Shown here piece by piece: positions 10,044 to 21,601 of a DNA stretch of 57,649 bases; position 1 is the stretch's first letter; each line of letters opens with the position of its first letter. The notes under the pieces were generated by a model that worked only from the letters and a program-made list of their open reading frames with translations, searched no databases and had not been told where the DNA came from. The stretch spans positions 1 to 57,649 of the forward strand of contig DASZRC010000038.1 of assembly GCA_035549315.1 (NCBI GenBank). The letters are read 5' to 3'. The position numbers and the translations under genes were made by a program. Source of the stretch: Patescibacteria group bacterium. GTDB taxonomy: Bacteria; Patescibacteriota; Microgenomatia; Levybacterales; GWA1-39-11.

Positions 10044-11674
10044 TGTTTAAAAAGATAATTAACAACCTGTATGCTCCTTTTGTTTTTGGATCCGGCCTTT
10101 TTATATATTTGCAGCTACAGATATACAATTTAGGACTAAATTTTAGGGATGAGGGCTTTTCATATCTTAATGCAGTGAGGATATTAAATGGCGACATACC
10201 TTATAGAGATTTTTTCATGACGACTACGCCCGGAAGTTTTTATTTGCTCGCTTTGGCAATAAAAATATTTGGGTTGGCACTTATTGAGGCCAGAATAATA
10301 TATATAGTTTTGGTAGTCATATGTTTGTTTTTTGTAAGCCTCACTTATAAGATTAAACAATTTAATAAATACGTTTTATTAATTGGTTTGGGTCTTATGT
10401 TTTTGGGTCCTAGCGCAATTGCTTCCTATAATATTGGAGCTTTAACACTATCTGTAATATCTTTTTATTTTCTTTCAAAAGGGTTAGATAGGAAAAAAGG
10501 AAAACTAATATTTATTTCCGGATTAGTAATTGGTATTGTGTTTTTATTTAAACAAAGTTACGGGATATGGATAGGCTTAGGATTCTTGTACTTAATATTA
10601 ATTGAAAGATTTAAAAAATTCGGTTTTAAAGACAAATTTATTGCCAACTACATACTTGGAGGGTTGGTTTCTACTGTTCCGTTTTTAATTTACTTATACA
10701 TAAACCATGCCCTTACTCAATTTATATATTATTCAGGAACTTTCTCTAGAATGGTTAAGGCTCACAGGACACCATTCATTTTAAAAAGCTTAATCTCTAT
10801 TCCCCTAATGTATATCATTTTGAAGTATTTCGTTCCTAGGGTATCAAAAAAGCTTATATACATAGCATTATTATTAATATTAATTGCTGCTTTCCTAATA
10901 AACTTTAAATTTGGGATACATTATTTTGAGCTATCAAGAATTTATTACGGATTACTGATATTTTTTCCACTTTTAGCCCTTGCATGGGTAAAGCCAAACA
11001 ATAAAGTTAAAATGATATATAGAGTAGCAATATTTTTGTTAGTGCTCTTTCTGGCAAATGCATCTTCCGGTAGAGAATTGGGGACCGTTATGTGGGTATC
11101 GCCGGTTTTCTTTCCATTAATAATACTCGTAATAGAATATCTTTCAGCCAAATATAAAAAAATAAATATTGGGGTATTTAATTTTGCAGCAACAATATTA
11201 ATATTAATCCAAGCTTTATATTTTTCTTGGAATTCAATAAATCCAAATGGAAGAGTGTACGTATCTTACAAAAAATCCGAATTGAAGTATGAGCTTAGTG
11301 AGCCCCAAGCAAAGGGGATAAAAGTTTCCCATGAGGATAAAAAAGAGTTAGATTACGTTATATCAAAAATAAATAAATACCCTAAGAACAAAAAGTTGCT
11401 ATGTTTTCCTTACTGTCCGTTAATGAGTGTAATAACAAACAGAGATAATACTTCCTATTATAACTTTTTTTATCCGGAAGCATTTCTACCGGAAGACCAA
11501 CCATATGTCATTGATGAGCTTAAAAAAACCAATTCAATAATTGTAATTCAAAAGGTGGGAAAACTAGAGTTGGAGGCAAATCTGGAAGATAAAAGATTTG
11601 GTAAGTTAAAAAAATATTTAATGAGTCACTATAAGAAGGCGTTTGAAACAAAGGACTTCATAGTTTATCAATAG
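10043..11674 (+). CDS. ArnT/PMT-like (GT39-like) membrane glycosyltransferase
   Basis: 543 aa, multi-TM. First-loop motifs RDEGFSYLNA and IPYRDFF. Start overlaps the upstream stop (TAATG). Confidence 0.6.
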   Translation: MFKKIINNLYAPFVFGSGLFIYLQLQIYNLGLNFRDEGFSYLNAVRILNGDIPYRDFFMTTTPGSFYLLALAIKIFGLALIEARIIYIVLVVICLFFVSLTYKIKQFNKYVLLIGLGLMFLGPSAIASYNIGALTLSVISFYFLSKGLDRKKGKLIFISGLVIGIVFLFKQSYGIWIGLGFLYLILIERFKKFGFKDKFIANYILGGLVSTVPFLIYLYINHALTQFIYYSGTFSRMVKAHRTPFILKSLISIPLMYIILKYFVPRVSKKLIYIALLLILIAAFLINFKFGIHYFELSRIYYGLLIFFPLLALAWVKPNNKVKMIYRVAIFLLVLFLANASSGRELGTVMWVSPVFFPLIILVIEYLSAKYKKINIGVFNFAATILILIQALYFSWNSINPNGRVYVSYKKSELKYELSEPQAKGIKVSHEDKKELDYVISKINKYPKNKKLLCFPYCPLMSVITNRDNTSYYNFFYPEAFLPEDQPYVIDELKKTNSIIVIQKVGKLELEANLEDKRFGKLKKYLMSHYKKAFETKDFIVYQ

Positions 11675-11678
11675 GCAT

Positions 11679-13865
11679 ATGAGAAGAGTCGACTTATCAA
11701 TAATTATTGTAAATTACAAAGCCGGGGAAAGTCTATTTAGATGTTTAGATTCAATAGTTTCTTCAGTTAAAGGTGTTGGGTATGAGGTTATAGTTGTTGA
11801 AAATGATATTAATACTAATTTAAGCAAAGAACTTAAGAAATATAAATTTGTAAAGTATATTAGGCCTGATTCCAATCTAGGCTACGGAACAGGTAATAAT
11901 CTGGGGGTTGATCATGCAGAGGGTAAATATGTTTTTATTTTAAACCCAGACACGGAAATTAGAAAAGGAAATGTAAAATTATTGTTAAATAAATTTAAAA
12001 AGCCAAAGGTTGGTTTAGTTGCCCCCATTTTAGTGGATAGTAAAAATAACCCCTATATTTTACAAGGAACAGATAAGCTAAATCCAATTAACGCCGTCTT
12101 CTCTTTATCTATATTAAATAAAGTTTGGCCGAATAACCCCATTGCCAAAAAATATTGGATGAAAGGGTTGGATAGAAGTAAAGATACACTTGTAAAAGTG
12201 GCACCGGGAACTGCATTTCTTATGGAGAGAAAACTATTCAATAATATTGGCGGATTTGATGAAAATTTTTTCTTATATTTTGAGGAGCATGATTTATGTG
12301 ACAGAATTGTTGACAAAGGATACAAAGTATATATAAGCCCAGATTTAGAAGTTTATCACGCATGGGGTTTAAGTACAAAAAAAAATAAAGAATCAAATAC
12401 TTTTTTTTCTAAAAGCCGCTATTATTATTTAAAAAAACATTATGGTTTTCTTCCCGCCCTTTTTACTACGTGGATTTTGAATTTTAATCTGGAATATTTA
12501 ATTTTATTCTCTACTATTGTTCTTGGTACTTTTCTGCGACTTGATAGACCGGGTCTTGCTATATTTATCCAAGATCAGGGGTGGTTCTATTTATCCGCAA
12601 GAAATATGATTTTAACGGGGACCATTCCCTTAGTGGGTATTACGTCTAGTCATACATGGTTGCATCAAGGTGCCTTTTGGACGTATTTACTTGCTCCTTT
12701 TCTTTCAACATTTAATTTTAACCCTTATGCAGGATTTTATTTGGCCGCAATGTTTGGAATTGGTTCAATAGTTCTTACTTATAAAGTAGGTAAGCGATTT
12801 ATTAATAAAAATTTTGGATTACTGGCTGCTGTCTTATATGCAGCATCACCACTAGTCGTAATCCATGAAAGAATGGCTTACCATACTGCTCCCATTTCAT
12901 TTTTTGTACTTCTTTTAATTTATTCACTAAATAAATGGGAAAAGGGTAATGTGTATTTCTTTTCAATCTCAATATTTATAATGTCTATTCTTTATAACTT
13001 GGAGCTAGCAACAGTTGTATTTTGGCCGGTAATAGGGCTTATTTGGCTTATTGGTTTTTACAATAAAAGAAAGTTTGTTCAAGATACATTAGGTAGAAAC
13101 ATTATTTTTCTATCCCTATTTTGTTTGGTGTTGCCCATGGTACCAATTATCCTTTATGATATAAATCATGGATACGTTCAGACCGTTAAGTATGCTGCTT
13201 GGCTTATATATAACCCTCTTACATCATTATTAAAATCAGGGAGCTCTTCCTCATCAGGAATTATCTTTTTTTCTTACTTACATATTCAAAGGATAATTTT
13301 TCTTAAAAGTATATTTCTGTCAATTATTATTTTGTTAGCTTCAATTTTTATAGTTTTTTTGGATGCTATTAAAAAAATCACAAGTTCTGTAGGAATAATA
13401 TTTATTGCAACAGTCATACCAATAGCAGCATATATTGTTAGTAAAACTCCGTCCGAAGCCTATTTGCCCATGCTTTTCCCTGGAATAATTTTGTCTCTTG
13501 CCTACTTTTTTTACAAAATATTCCTTTTGAATAATAAATTGGCCATTGTTTTGGTTGTAATATTTGTAGGCGTTAATGCATATCAAGTCTATAGCAATGA
13601 CTATCTTATAGAAAAACCTTACGGATACGGTTTACCAATAGAAAAAAGAATAGAGACTTCTAAAAAGATTATTAGCCTTACTCATGGTAAACCCTATAAT
13701 CTAATCTACCAATCGTCCGGAAAGCAAATTAAATATTCAACAGAAAACTACGAATATCTTACGGCATGGTTAGGTAATCCGCCTGTATCTTATCCGGTGA
13801 GCGCAAAAATAGTTGTATTTGAAGGAGAGCATGGTATTAAACTTACTAGCCTTGATGTAAAATAA
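11679..13865 (+). CDS. GT2 domain fused to an ArnT/PMT-like polytopic membrane domain
   Basis: 728 aa. The N-terminal 260 aa form a GT2 domain (LSIIIVNYKAGE, ILNPDTE, GGFDENFFLYFEEHDLCDR). The C-terminal ~460 aa are multi-TM with IQDQGWFYLSARN. Same architecture as the 1..2298 protein. Confidence 0.8.
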   Translation: MRRVDLSIIIVNYKAGESLFRCLDSIVSSVKGVGYEVIVVENDINTNLSKELKKYKFVKYIRPDSNLGYGTGNNLGVDHAEGKYVFILNPDTEIRKGNVKLLLNKFKKPKVGLVAPILVDSKNNPYILQGTDKLNPINAVFSLSILNKVWPNNPIAKKYWMKGLDRSKDTLVKVAPGTAFLMERKLFNNIGGFDENFFLYFEEHDLCDRIVDKGYKVYISPDLEVYHAWGLSTKKNKESNTFFSKSRYYYLKKHYGFLPALFTTWILNFNLEYLILFSTIVLGTFLRLDRPGLAIFIQDQGWFYLSARNMILTGTIPLVGITSSHTWLHQGAFWTYLLAPFLSTFNFNPYAGFYLAAMFGIGSIVLTYKVGKRFINKNFGLLAAVLYAASPLVVIHERMAYHTAPISFFVLLLIYSLNKWEKGNVYFFSISIFIMSILYNLELATVVFWPVIGLIWLIGFYNKRKFVQDTLGRNIIFLSLFCLVLPMVPIILYDINHGYVQTVKYAAWLIYNPLTSLLKSGSSSSSGIIFFSYLHIQRIIFLKSIFLSIIILLASIFIVFLDAIKKITSSVGIIFIATVIPIAAYIVSKTPSEAYLPMLFPGIILSLAYFFYKIFLLNNKLAIVLVVIFVGVNAYQVYSNDYLIEKPYGYGLPIEKRIETSKKIISLTHGKPYNLIYQSSGKQIKYSTENYEYLTAWLGNPPVSYPVSAKIVVFEGEHGIKLTSLDVK

Positions 13866-13869
13866 ACAG

Positions 13870-14619
13870 ATGACCGATATTAGCGTTGTAATTCTTACTA
13901 AAAATGAAGAAAAGAATATATATGACTGCTTAGAGTCTGTAAAAGATTTTGATGAAATAGTTGTCATAGATGATAACTCAACAGATAGAACCGTTGAAGT
14001 AGTAAAAAGCTTCAAAGGTAAAGCAACAAGTGTTTATAGACGAGAAATGAACGGAGATTTTTCAACTCAAAGAAACTTTGGTTTGGATAAATCTAAAAAT
14101 GATTGGGTTTTATTTATTGATGCAGATGAAAGAGTGTCAAAAACACTTTTTAATGAGATTCAAAATATTTCCCAATCAGAATATAAAGGGTTTAGGATTA
14201 GACGAGCAGATTATATGTGGGGAAAAGAGTTAAAACACGGTGAGACGGGGAATATAAAATTGGTTAGACTGGGAGTAAAGAAAAGCGGAAAATGGACTGG
14301 AAAAGTTCATGAGGTATGGAATATAGATGGAAAAATAGGAATGCTTGATGGAAAGATAGACCATTATCCTCACCAAACAATAAAGGAATTTATAAAAGAA
14401 ATAGATTTCTATTCAACACTTAGGGCAGAAGAGCTTAATCATAAAAGAGAAAAAGTAGGATTCTTCCAAATAATTTTTTATACAAAAATAAAATTTATTC
14501 AGAATTATTTTATAAAGCTTGGAGTTCTAGACGGGATAGGCGGCTTTATAAGTGCGCTCATGATGAGTTTTCATTCATTTTTGGTTAGATCAAAGTTGTA
14601 TTTCCTCAATAATAAATGA
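13870..14619 (+). CDS. GT2-family glycosyltransferase (small, soluble)
   Basis: 249 aa. ISVVILTKNEEKNI, VIDDNSTDRT and a DxD motif (FIDADE). Confidence 0.85.
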   Translation: MTDISVVILTKNEEKNIYDCLESVKDFDEIVVIDDNSTDRTVEVVKSFKGKATSVYRREMNGDFSTQRNFGLDKSKNDWVLFIDADERVSKTLFNEIQNISQSEYKGFRIRRADYMWGKELKHGETGNIKLVRLGVKKSGKWTGKVHEVWNIDGKIGMLDGKIDHYPHQTIKEFIKEIDFYSTLRAEELNHKREKVGFFQIIFYTKIKFIQNYFIKLGVLDGIGGFISALMMSFHSFLVRSKLYFLNNK

Positions 14620-14692
14620 AAAGTAAGTTACTGATAGGATTATTTGTTATCTATGCTACTTTAATTCTCCTAGACTATCTAATATATATACT

Positions 14693-16255
14693 TTGCAGAG
14701 CCAAAATATGTTTGAATTTGCCGTACTAGTAGGAATTTACTCTTATTTTCTTTTTTTACTTGGATTATTGGGTAGTCTGGGTATTTTTCCTTTGACTGCT
14801 TCTTTGATAGTTTTTCTAACTGTTTCTTTAACTATTTTTATAAGAAATCACCCATTATTAAAACTAATTAATTTTGTAAATAAATTAGCTACGGTAGAAA
14901 AAGCGGCTCTTTTTTTATTGGTAGTGCTTATGCTAATAAACCTAATTGGAGCATTGGGACCGGAAACTGCATTTGATTCATTGTGGTACCACCTTACAAT
15001 TCCAAAAGTGTATCTTGCTAATCAAAAGATTTTTTATATTACCGGCGGATTGCTCTATTACTCAGTTATGCCAAAACTGATTGATATTATATATATTCCG
15101 TTTATTGCATTAAAAATTGATATTCTAACAAAACTTTTGAGTTTTTTGTTTTCGATACTTACGGTGTTTGTTATCTATAGGACAGCAAGATTATTTTTTA
15201 CAAAACACATAGCATTAATAACCGTATTGGTTTTTTACTCTAATTTGGTGGTATCGTGGGAAGCGACTACATCATATATAGATTTTGGTAGAACCTTCTT
15301 TGAGTCTTTGGCAGTTTATTATTTAATAATTTTTCTAAATAAGAAAAAAAATGAGCAGTTGATTAAGATTGGAATTGCAGAAGGCTTGTCTATTTCGTCA
15401 AAAATTTTAGCGGTAGGATCACTTATTCCACTTTTTCTGACACTGTTGTGGGACAGAATTAAACTTAAAAAAATCTTTCTATGCATGCTAATTAGCGTAC
15501 TAATTCCTTTACCATGGTTTATTTTTGCTTATGTCTCCACCGGCAATCTATTTTATCCATTTTTTAGCCCGTTGTTTCAAACCTACCCCGGCGTAGATTT
15601 ATTAGCTCCTGTAAAGCTTTTAAGAAGCCCGGATCCTATTTCTCCAATATATTTTATTTCTCTTCCCTTGATAGTTCTATATTATAAAAAATACAAACCA
15701 ATATATAAAAAAACTGTTATATATGCTTTTTTAACTTTTCTTGTTTGGTGGATATCTCCACAAACCGGTGGTGGAAGATTTTTGATGCCATACCTACCCG
15801 TTTATTCAATTTTGGTTGGGGGCGTTATCTTTTATTCAAGTAAAAATGTTGCTAAATATCTGACTTTGGTTGTAGTTTTTATTACCGTTGTTACAATCTT
15901 TTATAGATTAGGGGCAAATATGAGATATCTGCCTGTTGTTTTAGGAAAAGAGAGCAGACAAGAGTATCTTTCAAAGAACCTGAAATATGATTTTGGGGAT
16001 TTTTACGACACAGATGGGTATTTTTCTAAACATATTACACAAAAAGATGTAGTTTTAACGTACAATATTCACAACTTGTATTATATTGATTTTCCATTTA
16101 TAGACTCCACATGGATTAAAAAAGGAGATAAATTTAATTATCTCTTGGTAAGAGGAAACATACCAACAAGGTTTAAAAAATGGAAATTAGTTTATAAAAA
16201 CAATAAAACAAACATTAAACTTTATTCTGGCGGAGGTAAAATGTGGGAATACTAG
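14693..16255 (+). CDS. polytopic membrane protein, putative GT-C-like glycosyltransferase
   Basis: 520 aa multi-TM. The listed start is TTG, and the first ATG is at 14708. The true N-terminus may be the 14616 ORF in another frame (see findings). Confidence 0.55.
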   Translation: MQSQNMFEFAVLVGIYSYFLFLLGLLGSLGIFPLTASLIVFLTVSLTIFIRNHPLLKLINFVNKLATVEKAALFLLVVLMLINLIGALGPETAFDSLWYHLTIPKVYLANQKIFYITGGLLYYSVMPKLIDIIYIPFIALKIDILTKLLSFLFSILTVFVIYRTARLFFTKHIALITVLVFYSNLVVSWEATTSYIDFGRTFFESLAVYYLIIFLNKKKNEQLIKIGIAEGLSISSKILAVGSLIPLFLTLLWDRIKLKKIFLCMLISVLIPLPWFIFAYVSTGNLFYPFFSPLFQTYPGVDLLAPVKLLRSPDPISPIYFISLPLIVLYYKKYKPIYKKTVIYAFLTFLVWWISPQTGGGRFLMPYLPVYSILVGGVIFYSSKNVAKYLTLVVVFITVVTIFYRLGANMRYLPVVLGKESRQEYLSKNLKYDFGDFYDTDGYFSKHITQKDVVLTYNIHNLYYIDFPFIDSTWIKKGDKFNYLLVRGNIPTRFKKWKLVYKNNKTNIKLYSGGGKMWEY

Positions 16256-17463
16256 AGTTTTTAATTAATTTAGTAATATTTACTTTGCCCTTGGGTGCTG
16301 TCTTAAGATTTAATATTGCACCTAATGCGTTTTTGTATATACAAGATGCGATAGCCTTAGTTGTTTTTATAGCTTGTTTATATTTGTATATCCTTAAAAA
16401 ACCTGACGTAAAAGACAGAAAAAACATCAAGATAATAGGCGTTTTTATTCTATGGGGGTTTATTTCTTTAGTTATCAATTCAAGTATACTTAATGGCCAA
16501 GAATTTATAATATCTCTTTCATACTTAATTAGATTTGCTTCATACGTATCTTTAATTATAGCCCCAATATTTTTGGCAACTAAATTTATAAAGTCAGTCA
16601 ATATTAAATTATTAATTGGTGGGTCGGTCTTTACACTATTGGGATATATTCAATATTTTTATTACCCAAATCTTAGAAATCTATATTATTTAGGTTGGGA
16701 TGATCATTTGTGGCGTTTGTTTTCTACCTTTTTAGATCCAAACTTTGCGGGGGCATTTATTGTTTTATTCCTGTTACTTATAAGTCAAAACATAATAGTA
16801 ATTAAGAAAATTAGTAAACAAAAATTAAAGGCCGGCTTGTTTGGGTTGCTCTGGATTGCTGCGCTTGTTGCTATTTTACTAACGCATTCAAGGTCAGCCT
16901 TTATAATGATAGTAGTAGGGTTGGCTACGCTATTAACTATTCATAGATTGTATAAGCTAATGTTTGTATCAATTGTGATTATTCTCTTTTTATTTGGTAT
17001 ATTTTCTAATACAAAAATAGAAGGATTAAATCCCTTTAGAATTGCATCTTCTGAAGCAAGAATTGAAACGGCAGGACAAGCATTTGACATATTCTTAAAG
17101 AGTCCAATAATTGGTGTTGGTTTTAATTCATATCGCTACGCACAAGTAAGATATGGTACAAGAAGTGAAATTGGATCTTCAAAAAGCAATGCAGACGCGG
17201 GAACTGACAACAGCTTTTTGTTTGTACTAGCAACAACTGGGATTTTTGGTTTCTTAATTTATGTCTACTTTTGGGTAAATCTTATAAAAACCACTTACGG
17301 AGAAATTCAAAAGGGTAAAAATTTTTACGCGCCTATTGTTTTGGCTTCAATAGTATCACTATTTATTGATGCGTTTTTTATCAATAGCCTTTTCTATGCT
17401 CCCATAATGGCTTGGGTATTTATAACAATAGGTCTCATGGAGAGCAAAAAGGTTATGGTATAA
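16243..17463 (+). CDS. O-antigen ligase/polymerase-like (Wzy_C domain) membrane protein
   Basis: 406 aa multi-TM with a LTHSRSAF motif and a periplasmic loop typical of the O-antigen ligase family. GTG start is preceded by GGAGGT 5 nt upstream. Confidence 0.7.
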   Translation: MGILEFLINLVIFTLPLGAVLRFNIAPNAFLYIQDAIALVVFIACLYLYILKKPDVKDRKNIKIIGVFILWGFISLVINSSILNGQEFIISLSYLIRFASYVSLIIAPIFLATKFIKSVNIKLLIGGSVFTLLGYIQYFYYPNLRNLYYLGWDDHLWRLFSTFLDPNFAGAFIVLFLLLISQNIIVIKKISKQKLKAGLFGLLWIAALVAILLTHSRSAFIMIVVGLATLLTIHRLYKLMFVSIVIILFLFGIFSNTKIEGLNPFRIASSEARIETAGQAFDIFLKSPIIGVGFNSYRYAQVRYGTRSEIGSSKSNADAGTDNSFLFVLATTGIFGFLIYVYFWVNLIKTTYGEIQKGKNFYAPIVLASIVSLFIDAFFINSLFYAPIMAWVFITIGLMESKKVMV

Positions 17464-17471
17464 TCACTTTT

Positions 17472-18194
17472 GTGACAACCTCAAAAAAACCTGAAATATC
17501 TGTTGTCATACTATGTTTTAGATCCGGAAGGTTTGCCAAAACTTTTCATCAAGAGGTAGAAAAGGAACTTTTAAAACATAAACTTAACTACGAAATAATT
17601 TTAGTTGGTAATTATAAACCCGGCAATATAGATGAAACGCCACTTGTTGTAAAGAAAATATCCAATTCTAAGAAAAGGACCAGATATATTGCAAAAAAGA
17701 AACTTAAATCTACTCATACAATGGGATGGGACGTAAAATCGGGTTTAGCAGTAGCACGCGGTGAGACTATTGCAATTATTGATGGTGATGGTCAGGTTCC
17801 TGCTTCTTCTGTTCCTAAAATATACAAAAAACTTTTAAATTCAAATCTAGACATTGTTAAAACAAAGCGAATTACTCGTAAAGATGGTCTGTACAGGAAG
17901 TCTATATCTGCAATATATAATATAATGATGAAGTTAATGTTTCCGGGAATTACGGATGATATAAATGGCAAGCCTAAAATATTTACAAGAAGTGTTTATA
18001 AAAAACTTAAGCCTGTATCTGATGATTGGTTTATAGATGCCGAAATTATGATTAAGGCAAGAAGGTTAAAGTTTAGAATTGCAGAAGTTCCTATAATTTT
18101 TGCAAAGAATAAAGAAGGTAAATCATCTGTGTCATTCAAAGCAAATTTTGAGTTTATTAGAAATATGGTTACCTGGCGAATAAAAGAATTTTAG
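17472..18194 (+). CDS. GT2 glycosyltransferase, Dpm1/GtrB-like polyprenyl-phosphate sugar synthase candidate
   Basis: The listed ORF begins at TTG 17412 and would overlap the upstream gene by 52 nt. In-frame GTG 17472 gives VTTSKKPEISVVILCF, a typical GT2 N-terminus. It has the DxD motif (IIDGDG). The start site is uncertain. Confidence 0.7.
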   Translation: MTTSKKPEISVVILCFRSGRFAKTFHQEVEKELLKHKLNYEIILVGNYKPGNIDETPLVVKKISNSKKRTRYIAKKKLKSTHTMGWDVKSGLAVARGETIAIIDGDGQVPASSVPKIYKKLLNSNLDIVKTKRITRKDGLYRKSISAIYNIMMKLMFPGITDDINGKPKIFTRSVYKKLKPVSDDWFIDAEIMIKARRLKFRIAEVPIIFAKNKEGKSSVSFKANFEFIRNMVTWRIKEF

Positions 18195-18911
18195 CTATTG
18201 AGAGTATGTTACTTTAATTTGTTTGGTTGTGGTTTTTCCTGCAGGATTCTCAGCTACTACCGTAATGTTATTATCTCCATCATTTAGGTTAAGTTGATAA
18301 GTAAAGTTTCCAGAGCTATCAACAATTGCAATAAAATCATTTACTTTGACACTGCTGTCCGGATTTGTTTTACCCTGTACGGTTATTTGTTGATCTGCTT
18401 TTGTAAAGCTTGCTCCGTCACTTGGAAATGTGATATCAAGACTTGGTGCATCTTGTTGTCTTTGGATTGTATAGTCATCGGACAAGCTGCTTCTTCTTTT
18501 TCCAATAATCATTCGTGTATTTATTGTATTTGTACCAGACCTTAAAGCCACATCTTTAAATTCAAAATCGAGGGAACTGTCGACATCTACCGAATCAACT
18601 TTTGCTCCATTAACATATAATTCCACTTCACCATTTGGGTAGAAAGATTGTCCTGTAATTTTTATGGTAGCGCTGGGTGTGGCGTCGGGTAGGGGATCAA
18701 GAGTTGGAGCTTGTAATTCAGAATTTGAAACTACCGTATCGGTTTGGTTGTTTTTACCCGTTATTCCATCAATTATATTTCCAACTCGTGCTAATAAAAA
18801 TGGACCAAAGTTAAGGGCTAAAAATATAATTACAACTATACTTATGAGGTATACATATAATTGCCTCTTACCTTGGTTGACGGATCTCCTGTTAAGTCTT
18901 GATTCTGGCAT
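18195..18911 (-). CDS. membrane-anchored surface protein with two Ig-like beta domains
   Basis: 238 aa. N-terminal TM anchor (LYVYLISIVVIIFLALNFGPFLL), then two similar beta-rich modules (...ITGQSFYPNGEVELYVNG... and ...ITVQGKTNPDSSVKVND...). Confidence 0.6.
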   Translation of the reverse strand: MPESRLNRRSVNQGKRQLYVYLISIVVIIFLALNFGPFLLARVGNIIDGITGKNNQTDTVVSNSELQAPTLDPLPDATPSATIKITGQSFYPNGEVELYVNGAKVDSVDVDSSLDFEFKDVALRSGTNTINTRMIIGKRRSSLSDDYTIQRQQDAPSLDITFPSDGASFTKADQQITVQGKTNPDSSVKVNDFIAIVDSSGNFTYQLNLNDGDNNITVVAENPAGKTTTKQIKVTYSQ

Positions 18912-18924
18912 TTTTCTTTTTGAG

Positions 18925-21599
<2,675 letters not shown>

Positions 21600-21601
21600 G
21601 T

